DNA of 64,000 nt from a virus: positions 1 to 64,000 of IMG/VR virus record IMGVR_UViG_3300044701_003572, one strand, 5' to 3'. The number at the start of each line of letters is the position of its first letter. Position 1 is the stretch's first letter. Made by a program: the position numbers and the translations under genes. This document shows, one piece after another, positions 45,201 to 52,589 of this stretch. The notes beneath the pieces were generated by a model, which was given only the letters and a program-made list of their open reading frames with translations, searched no databases and had not been told where the DNA came from.

Positions 45201-46866
45201 CTATGAACACAGATATCTGTACATTTCTAGTGATATCGCCATAGGCTATTCTTTCACCTTCTTGAAACGAACCGTAAATGATATCAACATCAAATACTTC
45301 AGATAAATTACCGAATTCCGAAGTTCCGTCTAATGCACCTGTATGCGCTAAAATCTGAGCCAGAGCACCGGATGCTTCTCCATAAAGATACAACCCTTCT
45401 CTGATGTCTCTTCCACGTATAGCTTCCGGGGTACCTGTTAAAACATCGCCAGTAAAATCAGTTCTCTGACCATTAGTAAAGATTAAAAATCTCGGCAAGT
45501 CTACCACGCAGGTTGGGATTCCGGTGAACCCTGAACCTCTACTAGTGATAGTAAGTGTATCGATGCTGCCATCTATTTGATTTACAGTTGCAGTTCCAAA
45601 AGCGTTACTTCCTCCTCCGCCTACGAATCTCACTGATACTAGTGTATAACCTGTACCTGCACCTCCTTCATCAATCTCGACACTGTTAACGTTGAATGTG
45701 GTATTAAATGTAGCACCACTACCTGGTGTTGAACCACCATTGGAATTTGTTGCAGTGGTGCTTAATCTAACCGAACCACTTATAACGCTGCCAGGGATTA
45801 CTCTGTATTTTCCTGCGCTCAACTGCTTTATAGATAAAATTGGCCCTCTTCCGCCGCTGCCTTCGAATGCATCTACATCTAATACTTCATACCTTGCCTG
45901 AAGACCTGTACCGCCAGATACTGTTAGTATGTCACCGATGGCATAGTTAGCACCGCCAAAATGTATAGAAATTTCATCTATGCTTACAAAAGTCGTACCC
46001 AAAAATCCCGAACCAGACAGGGGAGAAGTGCTAATATCAGTTAGATAACAAAAGTTAGCTCCGTCGTTATATGTTAGAACTTTTTTGTAAGGTCCTATTT
46101 CTAATGGACTTTCGTTAATAATCTCTTCGGCTCGTTTTAATGCAGCTTCTATAGTTCTATATGCATATGCTAATGCTCTTCCTTGCAATGCGTTCGATAC
46201 ACCAACTCTAGAATCTTCTCCAGAAGTTGCAACATATAAGTTTGCTACACTGCCGAATGCAGACGCATCTACATATCTTTTAGTAGCTGCGATCAGTCCG
46301 TTATAAGTTTCGTCGTCGTCTGGTTCGGGGTCTCTAGATAAAATTAATGGACCGGTCATTCTACCAAACGCTGAAGTAGGTTGACCACCATCTGGATCTA
46401 TAGCTTCCACGCCCGCTAGAGATATTTTTGTATCAACATATCCTTTATTAGCAGCCTCGTCGCTGGTCACAGGAGTTGCAAGATCTTGAATACGGAATTG
46501 AGTATTGGCTGATTGCGCTGAAAGATTACCACCTAATTGTGGATTTTTATCTCCGGATATGGAAGAAAATAGCGAGGATATAGATATAGATGAAGGAGTA
46601 TTATTGATACTAACACCATTACCCCCAACAATAGATTTAAAAACTACCTGTCCGCCCCCTTCTTCACTAACAGCCAGTACTCTATTATCTTGTCCTTGAA
46701 ATGAATTTGGTGTTTGATCTAGCCCTGTAAAGGACAATCTTTCACCTAGTCCCAATGAACCGTAGAGTTCTCTAAAATTATCATTAACTTTTCGGAACGC
46801 ATCGCGGATACTATCGCCGGTGCCGTCATTGCCTAGTGTACCAATATCTATCGAGTTTCTTGCCAT
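39283..46866 (-). CDS. giant (2527 aa) tail fibre/tailspike with a C-terminal intramolecular-chaperone (peptidase G2-like) domain
   Basis: NDGTGDSIRDAFRKVNDNFRELY anchor; repeated xHGLxxGxxI modules; C-terminal ADLAEYY...GRVPCKVVG. Confidence 0.82.
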   Translation of the reverse strand: MARNSIDIGTLGNDGTGDSIRDAFRKVNDNFRELYGSLGLGERLSFTGLDQTPNSFQGQDNRVLAVSEEGGGQVVFKSIVGGNGVSINNTPSSISISSLFSSISGDKNPQLGGNLSAQSANTQFRIQDLATPVTSDEAANKGYVDTKISLAGVEAIDPDGGQPTSAFGRMTGPLILSRDPEPDDDETYNGLIAATKRYVDASAFGSVANLYVATSGEDSRVGVSNALQGRALAYAYRTIEAALKRAEEIINESPLEIGPYKKVLTYNDGANFCYLTDISTSPLSGSGFLGTTFVSIDEISIHFGGANYAIGDILTVSGGTGLQARYEVLDVDAFEGSGGRGPILSIKQLSAGKYRVIPGSVISGSVRLSTTATNSNGGSTPGSGATFNTTFNVNSVEIDEGGAGTGYTLVSVRFVGGGGSNAFGTATVNQIDGSIDTLTITSRGSGFTGIPTCVVDLPRFLIFTNGQRTDFTGDVLTGTPEAIRGRDIREGLYLYGEASGALAQILAHTGALDGTSEFGNLSEVFDVDIIYGSFQEGERIAYGDITRNVQISVFIESGIYEENLPIKIPQNVAVIGDEFRRTIIRPKLGFSTSPWALINFRRDRSIDSLVTSDRLFGYHYLENSDSPIYPIVNNKGSFNSAAELLSRNKLFLQTEVVSWIDYQIEENLAPFTSSFSYNSEICKRDVGLIIDSMIYDLKYGGYNRTVSAALKYRDPYNESAALAISSQLDETLAAIERLEYLVQRIIQNIELDESQIYSTATQIADAAYQAERGAGALPRSISAASQANPVRLTFTAAHGYADKEKIDISGIAGGSMTNLNGNTYYVKTVANQPTRIDLYTDFNLTTSVNGAGFTAYVPGSGGTVTPQGGAVGILIDVLLDIIENSPSNLPKNNDELDVFLCNDAVILRAMTMQGHGGFALVLDPEGQILAKSPYAQEGAVFSKSTGYKKFGGGMFVDGFTGNLQFRITNAITSTRLAISGLIRPPQLPCSFIVNDEVYRINYLRQYIFDPAGSTAQFELDETTPFSLTYGALAFTFTNPSNIATVNKTGHGLQSGATIRFALGAGGVLPSGITAGQDYYVLLGGKTANTFRFSDEPDGDPVEITSTGSGTLNYERIYEVLMPGNRSMLSNDFTQVNDLGYGLIATNGGLTEAVSMFTYYCHVSYYSINGGQIRSIGGSSSHGNFALVAEGADPLEVPTPVSLYHKLSQRFTVVTTPSQYSNRKASTAIYGYYEDYNPLNGSELEINHNGALVKYSISTVEIVNAATKFTKLNISSSGGLQFSVPNGAICTIRQNSYVVLTGDVVDVATRPSTALKLADSNDIYRVLDFSAYDSAYDGDTFTITGISIANPGVITTDIAHRQQIGYKVKIIKATSGATVPESIDADVDPDFATEYYITSVPSDYTFTISAVDGGTPVNTSADVITLSGTVYMIPFGLALTQLRENYNYVDVGAYISQPYSTPSSLVTYTVTPGTPGVFNKVAHGLTAGTMLKFNSSGTGSSLPSGIGSIDSYYWVVSQDLAADSFKVSNEPPIDSTLIGVGGTLSGTTITGLACTENIAAGDRLVSRPNITSVSGVSTATLATLTFIKQPRPPYLANQSITVSGFGGGGTSLNGTKTVISCTTTTVTYANSTIVASASGGTITVVATGSLGTDPTVLTIVSETSITIDSTSPSNGTVVFNIEKPELNVSTTGVGTQVYGTLIGGQNSTTLAVGDLSILDAQRVNNGIAAGTEYEFVYQGTTYQITNYQSKASLGTLYGLITVSPAFDISPISFDSQITLKAGIPVYSSFALGTLTIRISLTRVTSHDLLDIGTGSYADTNYPNEIYGQAVNSIDSVPLAATSIDEEGNAVTRAQTQERGSGRVFFVTTDQFGNFSVGPYFRVDQGTGSVTFAASLALSNLDGLGFKRGATIAEFSTDDNMADPQQDTVPTESAIVGYIERRLGTRAASGAAVAAESRIPNNTGGFLALSGILDWEGPDNLKMSNYKIVNLADPENPQDAVNLRSLTISNIDDFDLDNIRGGDLAIFTGAESIITNAEISSGGDITLSLDSTAHSVTLNVQNDKIVNSQINSAAAIDQSKLSLNNAYATSVASILSVSATGTGSVVTLSFASTTTAVFTAGQKIIVSGFAAGTPSYNGIYTVSTCTATQITYAGTKTGSESGGSVTALKGISGFDSSQFDVTNGWASLKTNGIPTGKLQQITTKTALANNSAGTDNVAAVAFTTIVEEGGAILKSQYSSLGFLRKTGAGASDYGMIAGTDLATGSTVAVRSSGGNIAFSDVTANRLLLNNDAVTPVAQTILDLTGAGTGGYTQLYGYNGSGASVGAIFVGDGTVANDKKTLYYNESHIFYTQNGLSNAPITCGNVTSTGTVSVYSLSAGNTGSTATVSGTWTLNAGARFQATYSADLAEYYEGDREYEVGTVLVFGGDKEVTVSTKERDHRVAGIISDNAGYVMNGACPGYKNLIALQGRVPCKVVGKVNKGDLMVTSNIPGVAVSAKGSASSGTILGKALADYDSDHIGTIELAVGRA

Positions 46867-46935
46867 AATAATTCCTAAGAATATGAATTTCTAAGTATTT
46901 AGCCCAAAATTCTGTAAGCCTAATGTAAATACTTG

Positions 46936-47223
46936 ATGTTTCTAAAAACAGAAATTGAATCTACAGAATATGTTCGAGTCAGCAAGTTAGGCAAAGAACA
47001 TAGGTATAAAAGAAAAAAGACCTTAGCGGTCTTTAGATGTGATAACTGTGATCAAATTTTTAAGAGAGAACTTAAAAAAATACACAGTAAAAGATTAAGT
47101 AACAATTATTTTCATTGTTGTTCAAACTGCGATGCAAAGAAATTTGCTCAACGAAAAGGAGTGGAGCGAAAGAAAATATGGGATATGCCAGCTAGTTTAG
47201 AGTGGCCAGTGTCTAAATTCTAA
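46936..47223 (+). CDS. small zinc-binding protein (CxxC...CCxxC)
   Basis: CDNC and HCCSNC motifs; TAAATA 4 nt upstream of ATG 46936. Confidence 0.7.
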   Translation: MFLKTEIESTEYVRVSKLGKEHRYKRKKTLAVFRCDNCDQIFKRELKKIHSKRLSNNYFHCCSNCDAKKFAQRKGVERKKIWDMPASLEWPVSKF

Positions 47224-47533
47224 AACTTTCGCCGCAGCCACAGCGGTCTCGTTCGTTAGGATTAATAAAATCAAAACCTTCGTTTAAGCCTTTTTTTAGC
47301 CAATCCATAGTCAAACCGTTTAGATAAGGCATAGCTTTAGGATCTACGAATATATGTATCCCTTCGCTAACAAAGCTAAGATCTTCCTGTATAGGATTGT
47401 CGACGTATTCTATAGTATATGCAAGTCCGCTACAGCCTGTGGTTTTTACACCGATTTTAATTCCGTGTCCTTTGCCTCTATGTTCTAGATGATGTTTTAC
47501 TTTGTTAGCTGCTAACGGTGTTAGTGATATCAT
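47213..47533 (-). CDS. iscA: iron-sulfur cluster assembly protein IscA
   Basis: GVKTTGCSGLAY and CGCGESF. Confidence 0.92.
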   Translation of the reverse strand: MISLTPLAANKVKHHLEHRGKGHGIKIGVKTTGCSGLAYTIEYVDNPIQEDLSFVSEGIHIFVDPKAMPYLNGLTMDWLKKGLNEGFDFINPNERDRCGCGESFRI

Positions 47534-47909
47534 GTTTGGCTTTATAATCAGCTACTGCGGCTTTGATCGCATCTTCGGCTAGAATACTACAGTGTATTTT
47601 AACTGGCGGCAAGGCTAGCTCTTCGGCGATAGCGGAGTTTTTAATTGTTCCTGCTTCGTCGAGGGTTTTTCCTTTGAGCCATTCTGTAACGAGGCTCGAG
47701 CTTGCGATAGCCGATCCGCAGCCATACGTTTTAAATTTTGCATCTGTAATAATACCTGTATCATCATCGACCTTAATCTGTAGTTTCATAACATCTCCGC
47801 AGGCAGGAGCACCAACCATACCGGTGCCCACCTCCGGATCATTCTTATCAAAGCTACCCACGTTACGAGGGTTCTCGTAGTGGTCAATAACTCTGTCAGA
47901 ATATGCCAT
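47505..47909 (-). CDS. iscU: Fe-S scaffold IscU
   Basis: DHYENPRNVG, APACGD, GCGSAIASSS and LPPVKIHCS. Confidence 0.96.
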   Translation of the reverse strand: MAYSDRVIDHYENPRNVGSFDKNDPEVGTGMVGAPACGDVMKLQIKVDDDTGIITDAKFKTYGCGSAIASSSLVTEWLKGKTLDEAGTIKNSAIAEELALPPVKIHCSILAEDAIKAAVADYKAKHDITNTVSS

Positions 47910-47918
47910 ACTATCTCC

Positions 47919-48038
47919 TTATTGTTTCTTAGCAATCATTGCCTGAATTTTTTCCTGTACGATCTTAGCCCAAAATGGCTGTGGAAAATTCCATCCAATA
48001 AATGCCCCGACTGCTACCCATAATAGTGTATCTAACAT
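47919..48038 (-). CDS. 39-aa membrane microprotein
   Basis: Manual translation MLDTLLWVAVGAFIGWNFPQPFWAKIVQEKIQAMIAKKQ; AAGGAG SD; fills the gap between sod and iscU. Confidence 0.7.
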   Translation of the reverse strand: MLDTLLWVAVGAFIGWNFPQPFWAKIVQEKIQAMIAKKQ

Positions 48039-48039
48039 T

Positions 48040-48597
48040 TTACGCTCCTTGTAAACGGATATCAACAACTTCCCAGTTGATGATTCTCCATATATTATTT
48101 AAGTACTTTGCTTTGTCTTGTTGATAATCCAGTGCCCAAGCGTGTTCCCAAGCATCTATCAACAGAGCAATTTTCATATTCTTTTTATATTCGTGATTAT
48201 GTATTGTGTGCAGTTTGCCGGAGGTATCCATATAGATCCAATTGGATCCTTGAGCGGCCATGAACTCTTTTTCAAAAGCCTCTTTAAACTTTTCAAAATT
48301 TCCATAATTATCTTCGATTAGGGTCTTACTGATCCCCTCTGGTTTATTAGCAGCTCTAGGTGGGGTAAGATTAGCAAAGAAAATATTATGTAACATAGCA
48401 CCACCGTAGTTAAAATCCGGGTCGCCTTCACCTTTGTTGTAACGTTCAGAGTATTTGGCAGCTAATCCGTCGTAATGATATTTAACGGTATCTTCGCTCA
48501 TCACAGGCTCTAACTCGTTTTTATCAAACTTGAGTTTATCTTGACGGATTTCGCTCTTGTCTTTGTTTTCTGTTATACTTTTAATAAAATGTAGCAT
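48040..48597 (-). CDS. Fe/Mn superoxide dismutase
   Basis: LEPVMSEDTVKYHY, FNYGGAMLH and DAWEHA metal ligands. Start at ATG 48597, 5 nt after TAAATA. Confidence 0.88.
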   Translation of the reverse strand: MLHFIKSITENKDKSEIRQDKLKFDKNELEPVMSEDTVKYHYDGLAAKYSERYNKGEGDPDFNYGGAMLHNIFFANLTPPRAANKPEGISKTLIEDNYGNFEKFKEAFEKEFMAAQGSNWIYMDTSGKLHTIHNHEYKKNMKIALLIDAWEHAWALDYQQDKAKYLNNIWRIINWEVVDIRLQGA

Positions 48598-48640
48598 ATG
48601 CATATTTACCGTGCTAAATAAACCACAAGGAGAAAAACCT

Positions 48641-48949
48641 ATGGAAATCGTACTTCTAGCAATCGCCGCAGTGGTAATTGGTGCTTTTGTTTATTACAAT
48701 CGTTCTTCAAAAGGACTCGATGTAAACAATGATGGCAAAGTTGACGCTGCTGATGCCAAGGCTGCTGTTCAAAATGTCGTTGAGGGTGTAAAAGCCACCG
48801 CCGATGTTAACAAGGACGGAAAAGTTGATTCTGCAGATGTAGCAGTGGTAAAAGAAAAGGTCAAGACAGTTGCCAAAAAGACAACAGCCAAGGCCAAAGA
48901 AACTGTTACGAAAGCAACAACTCGCGGTCGCAAGCCAAAGGCTCAATAA
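48641..48949 (+). CDS. membrane-anchored protein with two EF-hand/dockerin-like loops and a basic tail
   Basis: N-terminal TM; DVNNDGKVDAAD and DVNKDGKVDSAD; AGGAG SD and TAAATA upstream. Confidence 0.8.
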   Translation: MEIVLLAIAAVVIGAFVYYNRSSKGLDVNNDGKVDAADAKAAVQNVVEGVKATADVNKDGKVDSADVAVVKEKVKTVAKKTTAKAKETVTKATTRGRKPKAQ

Positions 48950-49964
48950 TCTTTTGAGCCTCTTCGTAAAGTGCAAATGAAGCTAGATTCTTAGCTTTGC
49001 TTTCGCACATTATATCGAAGTCATCCCTAAAACTCAGTGCCCATTGATTCGCTGCTGTATTCCAGTAGAAGTTTGAATGCGCTCTGAGTTTTGCTTTTTT
49101 GTGTCCGGATTCTAGTAGCGTCCGAAGATCGGGACGGATGTGTCTGGGATGGTCATTAAGATGCTCTTCCCGTGAAACACTATAATGTATGACAGGACGC
49201 ACACCACGCCAGCTATCAATAATCCTTTTAACACGGTCGTCATTCGCATTTATATATTCTCCTGTGTGTATCCAATGATGGTGTATGTCTAATACTAGAG
49301 CACAATGATCGACTAGTTCTAGGCTAGAATCAATACCCCAACTAATTTCGTCGTTCTCAATAGTTAGTGTATTGCGAGCCTCTGGAGTCATGCGAGCCAA
49401 CGCAGCAACGATTCCCATTGGGCCTTGTCTACCTGCGATATGAACGTTGATTTTAAAGTCTTGAAACGTTCGGCCAAATCCCATCCAGCGAGCCATGTCC
49501 ACATGATATTCAAACTCCTCTATACTTCTATTTACAATATCTGGATTATCGCTAGCAAGGACAGTAAACTGCCCAGGATGAAAACTAAGGCGAACACCCC
49601 TCTTGCGAGCCAAATCCCCCACGGCTCGAAATGCTGTTTCACAATAGGCTCGGACATCGGAAGTCCGCCAAAACCAACTCCAAGTTGGCTCAGTGTACAC
49701 AGGAAGGATATCGCTGCTGAGTCGTACCATTCTAAGATTTTCATCTAGTTCTCCTACTCGTTCCACAAGCAAGCGGCACGATTCAATGTTCTGTTCCATA
49801 AGGGACCAGAGTTTTTCAGTAGCCACGTCCTTAGTCTGTCTATTTAACCAGGCTACGGTGGTACTACCGGTATTGTATTTTTTACAATCATCTTTGGGTT
49901 TAATGCCGTCTACTTGATCGGAACGGTCGATCCATTTGCAGGCAAAGCCAATACGCTTGATCAT
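48906..49964 (-). CDS. uvsE: UV damage endonuclease
   Basis: RLSSDILP, RLSFHPGQF, LTIENDE, LVLDIHHH, RAHS and MCESKAK. Confidence 0.92.
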   Translation of the reverse strand: MIKRIGFACKWIDRSDQVDGIKPKDDCKKYNTGSTTVAWLNRQTKDVATEKLWSLMEQNIESCRLLVERVGELDENLRMVRLSSDILPVYTEPTWSWFWRTSDVRAYCETAFRAVGDLARKRGVRLSFHPGQFTVLASDNPDIVNRSIEEFEYHVDMARWMGFGRTFQDFKINVHIAGRQGPMGIVAALARMTPEARNTLTIENDEISWGIDSSLELVDHCALVLDIHHHWIHTGEYINANDDRVKRIIDSWRGVRPVIHYSVSREEHLNDHPRHIRPDLRTLLESGHKKAKLRAHSNFYWNTAANQWALSFRDDFDIMCESKAKNLASFALYEEAQKIIEPLACDRELLLS

Positions 49965-50132
49965 TTAATGTACCGCTTTCTTAGCATCTACTTCGCACTC
50001 AACTACCCAATTATTAAATTCGGTAAATTTGTTTACTTCAACTCCTAGTCCAACGGCTTCATTTACAAAGTGCTGCAGAAGTGCATTATAAAGCTCGTCG
50101 GGCATTGTGTTTTTATCAAATTTAATTTTCAT
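49965..50132 (-). CDS. 55-aa hypothetical protein (leaderless)
   Basis: Manual translation MKIKFDKNTMPDELYNALLQHF...; the ATG sits at the predicted +1 of the adjacent promoter. Confidence 0.7.
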   Translation of the reverse strand: MKIKFDKNTMPDELYNALLQHFVNEAVGLGVEVNKFTEFNNWVVECEVDAKKAVH

Positions 50133-50138
50133 AATACA

Positions 50139-50167
50139 AGTATAACACCATCAGCACCAGTTGTCAA
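50139..50167 (-). promoter_or_regulatory. sigma70-type promoter TTGACA-N17-TATACT
   Basis: -35 at 50162-50167, -10 at 50139-50144. Confidence 0.75.
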
Positions 50168-50939
50168 CAACAAACTTGTCTCTAACGTCTTGAGGTTTTG
50201 GATCACCGTGGAATACTGCCACGCAGCATTCTGGACTTATATTGAGATTATCCTGAGTGTCTTTAAAAAATCGTTTACCCTTTTCATAGATCAGCTCTTC
50301 TCTTTTTCGTATTTCCCACTTGTAACTTAATATCCAATCGGTGGGCCAATATTTGATTTTATTGAAACTTACTTTATAGATCCAATCTTGGTCACCCTGC
50401 AATCTTTGAGCCTCAGATGGGTTAACCATAAATTTTTCATATATTTCTGTTTGGGAACCGTGTCTCCAAGACATCACAGAACTGTTAACAATTTTCCAAT
50501 TGTTATAAAATTTTCTATTAAAATCTTGTATACCGTAAAAACCGTTACCTAAATTTGTCACTAACTTATTGATGTTAGCGTGTATTACAACATCCAAATC
50601 AAAATATAAGATTCTACCGTGTACCGGTAATCGAGAATCGAACATATGAACTTTGTGCCACCAAAGTTTTTTATAAGGACCTGTTGGTTGATAGATGTTT
50701 CTAACTCCGTCAATTGTGTGACGATCGTCAGTTAGACAAACAAATTCATAGGGAACAGTAAGATGTCTTGCGACCATGTTGCGGAGACGTTCAACATATT
50801 CTCTACCGTATCGTGTACCAAATCTCACACAGAGAACGGTGACTTTATCATCTTCAGCTGAAATTACAGATTGTTGATTAAATTTTTCTGCACGTTTTTC
50901 CGCTTTAAGACGTCTACGTTCTTCTTTTGACAATTCCAT
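50151..50939 (-). CDS. GT-A (GT8-like) glycosyltransferase
   Basis: [15 protein letters not shown] (DxD), NSSVM, GDQDWI and VFHGDPKP. Confidence 0.8.
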   Translation of the reverse strand: MELSKEERRRLKAEKRAEKFNQQSVISAEDDKVTVLCVRFGTRYGREYVERLRNMVARHLTVPYEFVCLTDDRHTIDGVRNIYQPTGPYKKLWWHKVHMFDSRLPVHGRILYFDLDVVIHANINKLVTNLGNGFYGIQDFNRKFYNNWKIVNSSVMSWRHGSQTEIYEKFMVNPSEAQRLQGDQDWIYKVSFNKIKYWPTDWILSYKWEIRKREELIYEKGKRFFKDTQDNLNISPECCVAVFHGDPKPQDVRDKFVVDNWC

Positions 50940-51744
50940 CGATAGCCACCAATTCTTCTAATAGTTCTTTTAATTTATCTAGACGAACCATATTTGGACC
51001 GTCGCTTGGAGCATTGTCTGGATTTTCGTGAGTTTCGATAAAAACTCCAGCAACACAACCTGTAGCTACAGCAGCTCTCGCCAGGTAGGGTACCATGGTC
51101 CGATCTCCACCAGATCGTTCTCCCATTCCTCCAGGTTGCTGTACACTATGAGTGGCATCAAAGACCACTGGATACCCGGTGCTTGCCATAATAGGCAAAC
51201 TGCGCATATCCACAACAAGATTGTTATATCCATGGGTGTATCCTCTTTCGCATAACATAACTCGATCATTCCCGGTAGATGCTATTTTTTCTGCGACATT
51301 TTTCATGTCGTGCGGTGCTAAGAATTGTCCCTTCTTAACATTAACAGCCTTACCGGTACTACCTGCTGCTAGTAGCAAGTCAGTTTGTCTACATAAAAAA
51401 GCTGGTATCTGTAACACATCTGTGCCAGCACTGGCAACTAACTCTGCCTGCCAGCACTCATGAATATCAGTCAATATAGGCATACCAAAAAGATGTTTAA
51501 CAGAATTTAATATTTGTAAACCCTTTTCTAATCCGACACCTCTTTTAGTGTTTATACTGGATCTGTTAGCTTTATCGAAACTGCTTTTATAGATCAAACC
51601 AATATTAAGATCATCGCAGATTTCTTTAATTGATCCTGCTGTTTGATGAGCATGATCTTGACTTTCTATTTGACAAGGGCCAGCGATTAAAAATATTTTG
51701 TTCTTATTGCTGATCTCTACGTGGTTGATTGAAAATGTATGCAT
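50914..51744 (-). CDS. kdsA: KDO-8-phosphate synthase
   Basis: [33 protein letters not shown] and [10 protein letters not shown]. Confidence 0.96.
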   Translation of the reverse strand: MHTFSINHVEISNKNKIFLIAGPCQIESQDHAHQTAGSIKEICDDLNIGLIYKSSFDKANRSSINTKRGVGLEKGLQILNSVKHLFGMPILTDIHECWQAELVASAGTDVLQIPAFLCRQTDLLLAAGSTGKAVNVKKGQFLAPHDMKNVAEKIASTGNDRVMLCERGYTHGYNNLVVDMRSLPIMASTGYPVVFDATHSVQQPGGMGERSGGDRTMVPYLARAAVATGCVAGVFIETHENPDNAPSDGPNMVRLDKLKELLEELVAIDGIVKRRT

Positions 51745-51752
51745 ATTATTAT

Positions 51753-51944
51753 TTACCAGTGTCTAATGACATTGGCAATAATGAACAGGCAAGTAACTAC
51801 GTGGATAACTACCCAAAAAGTTTTTAGAAACAAAGCTATTCTAGCTTCTCGAATAGTGAGAATAGGCACATCTGGCCTATCCTCGTCAGTTCTGCCCATT
51901 AAATGGCCAGTAGCCCTAGCCCAGATTTTTTCTAAACTGTTCAT
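51753..51944 (-). CDS. small membrane protein
   Basis: C-terminal TM helix; coupled to queD. Confidence 0.7.
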   Translation of the reverse strand: MNSLEKIWARATGHLMGRTDEDRPDVPILTIREARIALFLKTFWVVIHVVTCLFIIANVIRHW

Positions 51945-52468
51945 CCCTCGTACACTGCCGAGTTTCCTGCGTGTTCAAATACTTCGGCGGATTTTAGTCT
52001 AACACCTTGTCCGACTGGATAACGTGCTTCAAATACACGACCATCCGGATGCGTCCAACCGCGACCTTCTTGATAAGCAGTTAAAATTTCATTCATAGTT
52101 TTGTAAACTAATTCAGCGAACATTTCACAGCCAACACCGTCTACAATACGTAGATCGATGATGCCCATGTTTTTAAATCCGCCTTGGATTTTGTTTAGTT
52201 CTACAAATGTGCCGCGTTCCGGATCGTCTTTGCCGATGACCATAGTATGATCAAACTGCCATTCGCTCCATTCTTTAAAAGCTTTAAGTCCGCCAAAGTC
52301 CATGACCCAATTCCGATCATCTAAGGTTTCAGATTCAAAGATTAGTTTGATGCCAATGGAATAACCATGTAGCAGTGAGCAATGGCTGTGTGTTGAACGC
52401 CATTGTCTAAAACAGCATGACAGGCCTCTGTCGTTACCGTAAGTTTTTGTTGAAAGATATTTCGCCAT
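51941..52468 (-). CDS. queD: 6-carboxytetrahydropterin synthase / PTPS family
   Basis: SHCSLLHGY, VMDFGGLK, FDH, GCEMFA and VFEHAGNSA. Start at ATG 52468 after GGAGG. Confidence 0.85.
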   Translation of the reverse strand: MAKYLSTKTYGNDRGLSCCFRQWRSTHSHCSLLHGYSIGIKLIFESETLDDRNWVMDFGGLKAFKEWSEWQFDHTMVIGKDDPERGTFVELNKIQGGFKNMGIIDLRIVDGVGCEMFAELVYKTMNEILTAYQEGRGWTHPDGRVFEARYPVGQGVRLKSAEVFEHAGNSAVYEG

Positions 52469-52554
52469 CTCTTGCCTCCTATAAAATGCATAAGCGAGTA
52501 AGTTTGATGACACGCAGAGTATTTAAAGAGGGGTGAGCGTCATAGAAGTCCTCT
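52469..52554 (-). ncRNA. candidate riboswitch in the queD leader (preQ1-I-like H-type pseudoknot plus SD-sequestering hairpin)
   Basis: P1 AGAGG/CCUCU; loop AUGACGC pairs with downstream GUGUCAU; A-rich linker. Begins at the predicted +1 of TTGCAC-N17-TAATAT. Confidence 0.6.
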
Positions 52555-52560
52555 ATATGT

Positions 52561-52589
52561 ATATTACACGATATTTAGCTGAAGTGCAA
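52561..52589 (-). promoter_or_regulatory. sigma70-like promoter TTGCAC-N17-TAATAT with a TAAATA in the spacer
   Basis: -35 at 52584-52589, -10 at 52561-52566, TAAATA at 52572-52577. Confidence 0.55.

Noticed and set aside
47213-47909. Host chromosomal contamination or prophage boundary at the isc, clpA or kdsA genes
   Set aside because: These genes are coupled to phage-type ORFs and share the same TAAATA signals and composition; no integrase or att site was seen.
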